In this document: positions 1 to 10,450 of the stretch, piece by piece | Numbering within the stretch: position 1 is the stretch's first letter | Layout: each line of letters opens with the position of its first letter | Source: Ylistrum balloti | Lineage: Eukaryota | Direction: 5' to 3' | Assembly (NCBI RefSeq): GCF_031769215.1 | Contig: NW_026782155.1 | Coordinates: 744,001 to 808,000, forward strand | Length of the DNA: 64,000 nucleotides | Notes under the pieces: model-generated | Told to the model about the DNA's origin: nothing | Databases searched by the model: none | What the model saw: the letters and a program-made list of their open reading frames with translations, nothing else | Position numbers and translations under genes: made by a program

Positions 1-270
1 TGTAACATCGCACACTGGTGTAGATCGACTCAGTGATATCAGTGCCCAAACTCAGCAGCCCCATCCATCATGCTCCTTCATCGAAGTCATCTTCCCAGGC
101 ATCCCAATCACTAGACCCGCCCACATTGCATCCGTCACAGGCATCTCAACGTTCCAGTAACAGTAACGCGAGTGCATCGGACAGAACTCACATCTAGTGC
201 ATCATCGTTACCTGTTGCACTCACTTGTGTTGACTTAAAACTGTGACCGTAGTGTACATAGGATTATACA

Positions 271-450
271 CGTAGTACAACCGAAAAAGTTGGTCGATTC
301 GGTACCTTCTCGTAAACTTTGTACTCTCCACACTGGTCATGTGTCTGATGAGGGTGATCGTGTAGTCATGGAAACGTCACACTCTAATCTTCTACTTTTT
401 ATAAGAACATATCTTGTATTAACATTGCCGACCTGAAGAAAATGTTCCAA
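271..450 (+). mobile_element. Penelope-like terminal repeat (pLTR) copy in the last PRODH2 intron
   Basis: Shares tagtaca.ccgaaa...ggtcgatt, gaaacgtcacactc...tcttctact and acctga...aaaatgttcc with 12945-13135. Confidence 0.7.
341..382 (+). ncRNA. Minimal type I hammerhead ribozyme motif (Penelope-associated)
   Basis: Stem I GTGT (341-344) / ACAC (379-382). Core CTGATGA at 345-351. Stem II GTGAT/GTCAT with loop CGTGTA. GAAA at 371-374. Palindromic ACGT stem III. GTC cleavage triplet at 376-378. The closing pair of stem II is G-G here (C in the 51421 copy), so activity is doubtful. Confidence 0.6.
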
Positions 451-542
451 AACAAATACAAAATATCTTATTTTTTAGTAAATGATGAAAAGAGAATCGT
501 TTTAAAATAATTTTGATTGTCTAAATTTATGATTTCACACAG

Positions 543-697
543 GTGAGTTAAAGATGCCAGTTTACAAGTCCATACCGTATGGATCTGTTGAGGACACACT
601 CGCCTACCTGTCAAGAAGAGCTATGGAGAATCGATCGGTATTGGAGAGGGTACAAAGGGAGAAAACTCTGATGTGGAAAGCTCTGAAGGAACGCTGA
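543..697 (+). CDS. PRODH2: Last coding exon of proline/hydroxyproline dehydrogenase (PRODH family, PRODH2-like); rest of gene lies upstream of the window
   Basis: Acceptor cacag at 538-542, then (G)ELKMPVYKSIPYGSVEDTLAYLSRRAMENRSVLERVQREKTLMWKALKER*, TGA at 695-697. This is the PRODH C-terminal YK..PYG...YL.RRA.EN motif. YKSIPYGS and ENRSVL resemble PRODH2 more than PRODH1 (from recall of the human sequences). Confidence 0.85.
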
Positions 698-1209
698 CTC
701 CACTCTGAGTAGGATAAATCAGATATCTCGATACTGAAAATGATTTGAAGCATAATAATGTTTTTTTATGTGTTAACAGTTTCTATGCAAAATATGTCAA
801 CTTTGCCTATTGGATACCGTATAATATTTAAGATACTATATGTGAGATTACCGAATCACCAGATTTTATGTCGGAAATACTCGTTATAGAGGTATCAAAA
901 GACAGGCAAGTGTACACATTTTTCGTTTTATAAACGCTGACATATTTCTGTATATATCAGCTTGTATATCTCATATACATGTAGAGTCATTTACTTCGTA
1001 GTGTAATGATATATATATATATAAAGTGTTTTTATAAACGTTTATCAGTTCTTGCTTTCCATTTGATCGCTAAACTATGAAAAAAAGAACTTGTTTGTAT
1101 ATTTTTCTAATATGTGTATTTTTATAAGAAGTTATATAAATTATATTAAACTATATAAATTTTATGAAAAAAGTGCCTTATTTTATTTTCAAATATTTAA
1201 GCTTTGAAC

Positions 1210-2765
1210 TGTTACCAAATGACAGTATACAGTCGACATGAATACAATTTGGGTGACCGACAAATGGAATGTGTTTCATTTTTGTGAAATTTAAAAGAAT
1301 TTGTGGACAAGTGGTGACGAAATTCCATGCCGCGTGTAACAAATTGGACTATTAGATTTTCTTTCATAATTTTGACTTAAAAGGATTTTTTAAATTTAAA
1401 ATAAAATCAGATTGTTTGTATGCTAGCTCTGTTTAATTATTGTTACTGGCGGCCATGTTTGTTTACATTGGAGACATTATAAGCTGTATTTAAACACTGT
1501 CCTCATCACTTTAAATTGAAGGATACAACCTCATACACTATAAAGGGTGTAGTACGACATATAAGCAAATGCAACGCATAATGTAAATACTGCAGAATGA
1601 AATATTCGAAATTTAAACTTTTGTATCATTATTGTGACAAAGAGAAGACATTTTTGATGACTTACCAAGGGACACCTATGCTAAATGCAAGTTTTAAACC
1701 CCAGAGTTCGTATCGGAGAAATCAAAGTGTTAAAATCCCCTAAATGCATGATGCTTCATCTTCACGAATAAAAACTCATTAATTATTTAAAAGATTAATA
1801 AATTTATTGCCATTTCTCTAAAATCACCATTCTAGTCTTTAGTTTCGTAACGATATGACAATATATCTGTACAATACTTTAAAAAAGATAAAAAAAAAAT
1901 CAAGAGAAACGCAGATATTTTCAACAACTTATTTTCCCAAAAGTATGACATTTTATTATATTTTGTTATGACAAACCCAATGGTTTATAGGTAATGTGTA
2001 ACTCTGCTGATGCACACGAGTACTGCGTAATTTTACAACCAGGCGTTTCAAATAATTTTCCCGAGGATCTCGCATCAAGGGCTTAAAACTGCGGATGTCT
2101 GGCGGATGTCGATTAAAGGATTTTAGCTTAACAGGAAAGCGCCATTTAAACTAAATTACTATACAATGCATATTAAAATCTAGTCCCAAATAACAAAAGT
2201 GAAACATGTTATGACATTTTTTTATATTAAATGTTATTCATTCGAATGGAACATTATAAGAAGGGTAATGCTGTAAGGGAAAGCACCAGAACTCTTAAGA
2301 AATCAAGATGGCTTGGTGTGTGGGGTAAACTTATGATTTTTAATATGTTTGTGTATGATTGCGAAGTACGAACGTTGTAAATACTCGTAAACATTTAGTT
2401 GTCGGAATTCTCGGTTTAATGTTAATTTTTCGCAACTAAGATATGCTAATTTTTTGCAAGCCGAACAGCATGAAAACTGTTTTGAAATAAGTGTTTAAGG
2501 TATCACAATATCGTTTTTTGAAATAAAAAAGATTCCTATCTTGGACATCCAGTAAGATAATCACAGAAAACATACTATGTACCTGCTTAGTGAAAAAAAC
2601 AATATGTTTGTTCTTGATGTATGTCTTCAGGAACACGTGTTCATTTAAACAATGAACTGCTACACGATGGAAGTAAACAGTGGATATGAATAAAATTTGG
2701 GTGACAGACGTATAAAACGCCGTCTAACACCAAAATTGTCGACTGTATACTGCCACCTAGTAACA
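1210..2765. mobile_element. Putative non-autonomous DNA element bounded by 29-bp imperfect inverted repeats
   Basis: 1210-1238 tgttaccaaatgacagtatacagtcgaca and 2737-2765 tgtcgactgtatactgccacctagtaaca share a 16-bp perfect core. The subterminal motif tgaata.aatttgggtgac.gac recurs at about 1239-1261 and 2687-2709. No coding capacity and no clear TSD. Confidence 0.55.
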
Positions 2766-3984
2766 TTTCATTTGACTTCAGAGTTCAGTTGAATATTTCC
2801 TTCGATTATATTTTGTATAGTATGTTTATCGTATCATGAGAAACAACAATTGTGTAAAATATTATGATCCCAAAAACTGGGAAATTCAGCAAAATCAAGA
2901 AACGTATCCAGTTTTTTTCTTGTTTTTTTTTTGTTTTGTTTTTTTTTTTTTTTTTTTTGTTTTTTTTAAGGGGTGGGGGGGGAGAAGGGGGATGGTGGGA
3001 AAGGGATATTTACGTTTTTCGAGGAATGGTTGACTTTTTTGTGAGAAATCTCTGCCTGAAGCCACACAATTTCGGATATGTCAGTAGATTGATACCGAGA
3101 GTGACTGACGTCCATATTTATCTACTAGGAAAACATATCCGCTGTAAAATGTAGTATATCATCTTGTATACTACAATTGGTAAATTTATGATACATCGGC
3201 GAATGCATCGCATAATATAAATACATTGATATGGAAGACATATTTTGCACTAAAAACTCTGTAGTAATTGCATACTTCATTCCTAAACTTCATAGCTGGA
3301 TCTTTATCTAGGGTGTTGATTTTTTGTACTTTGTATCTCAGGTAAAAATCTGAGGTGCTACTTCGACGCCCATTGACCCATATGTTGTTCAGTTGTGCAC
3401 CTGCTTTAATGATACGAATTGACCATTGCAACTCCGGGGCCGATAAAAAGCAAATACCTCGCTCTCTCATTAGTGGCGTATAAAACATATGTATTGACTC
3501 ATGACGTGCAGTTTATACATCGTGATGTCATTGCTAAAGAATAACATGATATAGATAATTAATCAACATAACATATTGACTCAACAAGTGTTTTTTTTAG
3601 GGACAGCCGAAGTCCTTTTTTATTATCAATTAGAAGGTACTTGGTGCAATCAATATTTCTTACGTACTCCGTATAGAGTATCTGACATATCAGAGAATTC
3701 CTAAATAGAGTTATGTTCTCTTTGATATAATATTCACAATTTGCTGATACTTAAAATTGGAAACAAAAACAAAAATTCAACATACAAAACAAATCTTTAT
3801 AGAAAGAATATTTCCAAAACATACATGTAAATGAAAATCCACGATATGAAAAATTGAAAAAAAAAAAAAAAAAAAAAAGAAAAAAAATCACAAGTAATGA
3901 AAAATGATAATCTTTCCAAGCGCAAGGAAAATACTATGTAAAGCCGATGTACAATGCGTAGCGATTCCAGCCAGCAAGTCTTCT

Positions 3985-6900
3985 TTAAATCTCCGCCCTT
4001 CCACATCTACCGCCAATGAAAGCTGGGGCAAAATCAAATGGTCCCGAAACATCAAATGATTCAGTGTCGTAACGGTAGTAGCTGTAAACAAAAGCAAAAA
4101 AGTATTATGGGTATGAGTTGAAATATGTGTAGTTTTTTTGTCATCATTCAGATCTATTAATATTTCTTTAATTTCCATTATAACAATATACCACAAGTCT
4201 TCCATAAGTAAAGGATTAATTTAGGGTTAAATAAAAAACAAGCAATATAGCGACTAAATACCGCGGCCACCTTGTTCTAATCTGGACATGAATAAATATC
4301 CATTGTATTTTTGACAATAAAAATTCAAGAACAGGAAAAACTAGCAATGATGTCCGTGTTACCATGGTAGGTCATAGATATAGTGCTGGTTAACACAAAA
4401 TAATCAATGGTACATGCCTCCCATTTGCGACGAAAATTATTTCTGATGGGTCACGAGAAAACGCCATGGTGACTTCTCTGGGAATGCCTGGGAATTTCCT
4501 ACTTATCAAATCCATAGACCCGGATTTCACTTTTCCGTTGGACAGGTCATATTCCCATACATAGCCTGCTTGTCTCTAAAATTGAAAACATAAGAATAAA
4601 ATGGGACGCCTGGCTAGAGATAAGTTCATGATAAAAGCAGGTGAAATTGAATTGAGTTTCTTTTTATCTTTTAACACACATGCTAAAAATAGATACGCAG
4701 ACATTGCCTACTTGAAATTGCCTTAGGTCTATGGCATGTAGATATGAAAAACATTTGAGAACAAATCATCCCTTATTCCTATCGTACCTTCGTTTTATCA
4801 ACTGTAGAAAGGAAATTTGACTTCATGTATGAACCATTGAATAAGACATACAAGAGCGGAGGTATTCATACGTGTATCTATGATTTCAAACACTTTAAAG
4901 GCTCAGATTAATCTGTGGCACAGAACAATTCTTATATCGATGACGATAATTCTTACATCAATATCTTGTTTTTAAAGGGAAAAGGTTTGTGCTTAATTCT
5001 TTTCATACATTAATTTGTCAGCTCATAATAATTCATGAATTTTTGCTTTTCATAACTGTTTTATTATACTAAAATTATGTACATTATAATGAACTCATTT
5101 TTTTATACACGAAAGCGCTATCTTACCCCAAAACGTCCAAACAAATAGACGGTATTCTGTGTAAGGGCCACGGCTGCTGTTACTCGAGACCCTCTCCGTA
5201 ACCCATTTAAACGACTCCAAGTATCAGCCTTCAGCACCCGCGAACCAGTTAAACGACGATCACTGCGAGAAAATTGCTGTATTCTCATTCCTGTAAAACG
5301 ACATGGAATGATGGCTTTAGAATATTACTTATAGGTATGTTTGAGTGGTAACATTTGGTTTTAGCTGTGTGATATTTCAATTGCTTGTATGAGAAAATGA
5401 CATAAATGACAATTAACCTATATCAAATTAGCAAAATTTCTATTTTTTTTGATGATAATTAAAATTAGGTCGTATAAATCTATAAATATAATGTACATTT
5501 AATATGAAAAAAATGACATTAAATGTTGCTCTGAAAAAACGCTAGCGCGTTCTTAGTCGCCTTGTCAAACCTCTGCCTTCAGTGAAGAAAATCCTATTTT
5601 CTCAACGCTAATAATACATTTCATTCTTTACGTAAAGTCGCACATGCCGATGTGTAAGTTAATTTTTAATATCTCTAAAATTAATGAGTATAGATGATCA
5701 GAATCGTCAGACGTCGTATCAATCATCAATAAGCTGTCAGTCATAAGTTCTTATAATCTGAACGAATCGCTGCGTTACTAAATTAGACAAGGTCACTAAG
5801 ATTAGACATGGTCAATATTTACTTCTGATGACGAATGTGTATCCAGGGACGTGGAAAATTGCATCCGGATTAAACATAATGCGAGGGAACATATTTGACG
5901 CACGTGTACCAGAAAACAATCTGGTTTCTGGGTCATAAACTGGCACATTGTACAAATTCCTTCTTCCGAACATCAGCAAATCACCGTTGTCATCTAAGGA
6001 AAATAAAGAAAACGGTGGTACCATTTCCTGATAGTGCTTCTATGATCATGTTTAGGTATTTTAATTATTTAATTTGTAAAATAAACACACAGTTACTTAC
6101 GAGACAATGATATCTTTAAATATCGACAAATAGTTCGAAAGTTTTTTTTTCTTATCTTAAAAGGTTGATAGTTTGTAAAGTATAATTATGGCCATTATAA
6201 TTTCTATTTTCGCTCATCTCAGGAACGCCTCCACAAAGAATGCTAATTCAAAGGAACAAAACAAAAACGCCTAATTCAGGTGGAATCGTTATTTTCAAAT
6301 AAAAGTCGATACCTTCAAATATTGCATTGTATCGTATCCTACATTCGGGAAAGGTTGTACTAGGTCTGCGTGTAGTGTTTGGAGGAGTTGGTCTGCGGGT
6401 GGTGGTTGGACGAGTAGTTGGACGTGTGGTTGGACGAATGGTCGGAAGAGTTGGTGGGCGAGTTGGCAGAAGAGTGGGTGGTCCCCCTGTAATTAATATA
6501 TTAGATGTCATGTAAATAGTATAAGTAAAGTCACTCATTTAGTATTTCATGATTTATAAATAAGTGGAAAGAATATTTTCAAAATTTCAAATTTGAAAAT
6601 ATTGAGAAATCCAACAGGTAATAGCTAATTATAGTTAAACATGACGTATAAATGTAGGTTAATATCCATCATCATGACGTATTTTATCTGACTTGAATCG
6701 AACACATCTGGAACACTTCCAACTGAACATAACACCATTTCATATCAACATCATTACCATAGATACTTCGGATTCCTCTAATATCGTCATTGCTCAGTTT
6801 GAAGTTGGGAATAAAACCTAGATATGTCGGAAACATGAGAGCGTTACGGACATTGGAATGGTCGAGTCCAAGGGCGTGCCCAAACTCGTGGGCAGCAACT

Positions 6901-9814
6901 ATGAACAGGTCTATTCCTGCGCCTGTGGTAGAGTTTGTGGTCCATTGCTCTTGGTCATCAAAATGAGTGGTTCCAACTTGAGGGAAAAAGGCATGTGCAA
7001 GCACCCCACCTGAAAATGCAATAACATTATCCGTTAACATTTTAGTTCTCATTCGTGCACCGTAGCGTTGAAATCACAAAAATATTAAATATTATAAAAC
7101 GTTACGATTGGTTACTATCAATGTGTCTTGCTTTGTACGTTATTGCATTGATTAAATGCCATATGTCTGTTTCCAATAAGAGTAAAACCGTTTACCACTA
7201 ATTCATAGTATACTAACCTTATTTGAAATAGCTAGATAGATTTATTTTCTAATAAAGAACTGGAGTTTGAATATAAATTTTGGTTTTTATATCAGCAACT
7301 TACTAGGTCCATCGAATGGACTACCATCGCCATGACGACCCACCACGAAGTCAATGTCGATGTCAGCTCCACTACTGACCTCTCTAAATGTTAGTGGTGT
7401 TTCCGCTGACCACAGTGCAAATGCTCTTATAATCTCAGACCTTGAGACAAAAAGATGAAAATGATTGAAAGGCGAAAATTTTATATACAAACACCGAGGG
7501 TAAATTGTTGTGTTGTGTCTTATAGTTAGTATTTTCAATTATGCACCTACTGGGGAGGTATTACAGATAAAAGTAACTTGCATATCTGATAAAGGAATAG
7601 TTTATACAACCGTCAAAACCATATATATTCCTGCTCAACAGTAATGTAACGTCATACAATAAAGAGAAAAAATGAAGTTTCCTTATACATTTTATAAAAC
7701 ATCATTGGTATTAGTGTCAATATTACATTGAATTTAGTAGACATGTCCAGTAGTTTTATTGATTCAATCTAAAGCTTCTTATAATGATTAAGTTTTAAAA
7801 AAGAACATTTTTATCTGATGCCCTTATTTGTTATATTTATACAGTCATCTTATCATTGGAAATACTTTTTCTCTATTTTAACGTGTACTTAAATGTCATT
7901 CAACATCTAATACACATACATAATCACACATACAGATGTTTGTTATTCTTTGTATTTTCTTTACAACAAAACAACATTATGAAGACTGTACAAGACACAC
8001 AAATGCATACATAAAGACAAAACGGAAATACAGTACCTGACCACACTCTCAGGAATTGGGCTAGATCGAGTAGACCCAAGCAGTCGCCACGTAAGATTCG
8101 TCACCGACCAGCCATTTCCTAAAGAAATATTCAAACAAGCGTTGTCTAATTTTCAAAGCATTCCCAGCCATCAAATATAGATCACATACATTTATTTGTT
8201 ACATGTATCTATGACGTAAAATATTACAACAATGTAAGAGACACATTGTGTAAGAGACGCATCAACTTTCAAAGATGAATTCTTTATATTAAAACAATCA
8301 TAAAAGGTCGGTCACTATGTCGTGAAATGGCAACGTCATTAGAAAAATTGTCATCACTTGCGTGCTTATTTTATAGTAAGGATTAAATAAAGTACGACCT
8401 TTGACCCGATCTTACGTCTTGTTACTTGAATCTCGCCTGTTGTAACTCAAGAATTACATTAAATATTGTGACACCATTCATTATGATTCTTTCTGCATCT
8501 CATTCTGACACTTCGGAGTTTCTTACTAGAATATGTCTGCGATATACATCTGTGATATCAAGAAATATACTCACTTGCATTGAAGTTGACAGGTTCATAT
8601 CTAGCAAAACGTTTAACTCTATCTTGTGTTGTTTGGTTCATCCAAATAGAAAATACATCATTACAGCCACACCGTGGGCGATTCATTGCTGTTTGTGTTT
8701 CTTCATTCAAGTCTCCAGTGATATCAATTTTAAGATAATTTTGGAATATTCTGAAAACGTGAAAAAGTAATAATCAAAATATCCGCTTATATGAAATTCA
8801 ATTGTTTTTCATGTGAAATCCCAAAACTATCTTTGTGTCTATATATATATATATATATATATGTATGGGAAGTACAGTTTGATAAACAGCGGCTGTGTTA
8901 CTATATGAAATAATGGACATTTTGAATTATGTAAAATATATTGCAATACTTCGAACTACACATTATATAATAGAATGATACAACGACGAAGATAGCAAAC
9001 AATTGATTGTATTAACGGCTAATCCATGAATAATCACTAGCAAGTTTAAAAACAGATAAAAACGATACTTACTTGTATGCTTCTCTCAACTCTGCGGGAT
9101 CTGGAGCAATGTCGCTTGTGTAATAGTGATCAGGAAGGTACCCATAATGGCGTAGGTATTCCTTTATTAATAAAAAATAGTTTCACTACTGAAATTGTTT
9201 TCTATTTATACCTAATTCCTTAGTGTTATAATTTAATTTTTGAACAGGTTCAGTTTCTGAAACATTTACGATGCGTACCAAATTTTGGACAAAACATTTG
9301 TATGCTCACTCATGCTAGTTTAGTACTATTTAGCACAGAATTTCTATTTTTGTACATGCTGTACATATGTCATTATAAATTGTTAAGTAGTAAGAAAAAA
9401 AATGTATCAAAACATTATATCTGAATTTGGATTGATTGCTTGTAGTGCAATCGAGACATCATGTTGTAAAAATGTTTAAACTCCAGAATTGTCCCCAGAA
9501 GTTACCATACATGGCAGATTGTATAATAATTATGATATACCGTCCAGTTCAATTTTAATGCATTTGATTCTTGTAGATATGAATTTGTAGATGACACCTC
9601 TATGAAAATCATGTTTGTTTTATTAGATGCCCATTGTTCATGACAATCATAAAAACAGTGAGCCATGCATGATTAAAATATTAAATCTTACCACTGGATC
9701 AACGTTGACTGTCTGCCTCTTCCCCCGATACCCACTTAACGAGTGACCACTCGCTAACGACACAATTACACTACAAATGAAAAATGCAACGAGAGTCTTA
9801 AGTTTTTGCTTCAT
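3985..9814 (-). CDS. Matrix metalloproteinase A (secreted M10A matrixin: signal peptide, prodomain, catalytic domain, P/T/R hinge, hemopexin domain), about 540 aa, 11 exons
   Basis: Exons (minus): 9814-9692, 9161-9073, 8750-8575, 8118-8037, 7440-7304, 7009-6758, 6486-6313, 5993-5823, 5290-5127, 4575-4418, 4081-3985; all join in frame. Motifs: signal [23 protein letters not shown]; YLRHYGYL; PRCGCND; furin RVKR; [20 protein letters not shown]; [11 protein letters not shown]; Met-turn ALMFP; hemopexin bracketed by Cys (ECRIRYNAI ... GRCGRAEI*). Intron 10 is GC-AG. Confidence 0.95.
8840..8861. repeat. (TA)n microsatellite in MMP-A intron 2
   Basis: Uninterrupted TA run of about 11 units. Confidence 0.9.
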
Positions 9815-9922
9815 AGCTAGAGCAGAAAAACGAAATCTAATTCTGCTGAAAAGTTGGATCTTCAATTCCGTTCCGATTGTTTGCCGTCAATGGATTTAAT
9901 ATCTACTTCGTCGATCGTGGCC

Positions 9923-9929
9923 TTTTATA
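9923..9929 (-). promoter_or_regulatory. TATA box of MMP-A
   Basis: TATAAAA on the minus strand about 110 nt upstream of the ATG at 9814. Confidence 0.55.
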
Positions 9930-10208
9930 ATTTCTGAAAGGGGTAAAGGTCAGTATGGGGTTTGCTATGTTGCTTAATCATCGGGCACTAGTCGTTCCTT
10001 AAGTATAATAGGAAAACACTTGAAGGCATTATTCATACGTACGTAAACGCATAGTACATATATGGTCATCAATATTAGCGATCATGTGGTCTTTTCTCAC
10101 TCCGTTAGAAGTTAAATGTAATATCACTATTGCATTTGATATTTTTTTAAAAAGTTAATCATCGTTATTATTTTTAATGTACTGCATAACAGTCTGAAAA
10201 AATTACAT

Positions 10209-10450
10209 TGACGTCATTAGCGAAATAAAAAAGGAAAAGCATTCGTGATGTTTCCGATCGCCTGAAAGTGACTTCGGACAAAAACGCTCCTCTGATAGCC
10301 ATTTTTCTTTTATTTTTTTTTAAATAAGTGGACAAATCCTGGCAATATTACCTGTTACATTTATAAATATCTCGTGCAAAAACGGCTTCTGTTCATTGTA
10401 AATAAAAGTTGTTTTTCAATAATATTTTTATCATTCATGAATATGACTCA
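10209..10450. promoter_or_regulatory. Perfect CRE (TGACGTCA, 10209-10216) and AP-1 (TGACTCA, 10444-10450) motifs upstream of MMP-A
   Basis: Exact consensus matches 280-520 nt upstream of the TATA box. AP-1 control of MMP promoters is established in vertebrates; function here is untested. Confidence 0.35.

Noticed and set aside
2970-3004. G-quadruplex-like G tracts next to a poly-T run
   Set aside because: Isolated low-complexity tract with uncertain homopolymer lengths and no supporting context.
3797-4205. ORFs 3797-4006 and 3888-4205, and an apparent acceptor at 4023 giving FHWR*
   Set aside because: Wrong frames. The true last MMP-A exon is 4081-3985, confirmed by homology with the MMP-B last exon.
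6327-6515. G/R/V-rich plus-strand ORF
   Set aside because: Antisense shadow of the P/T/R hinge exon of MMP-A.
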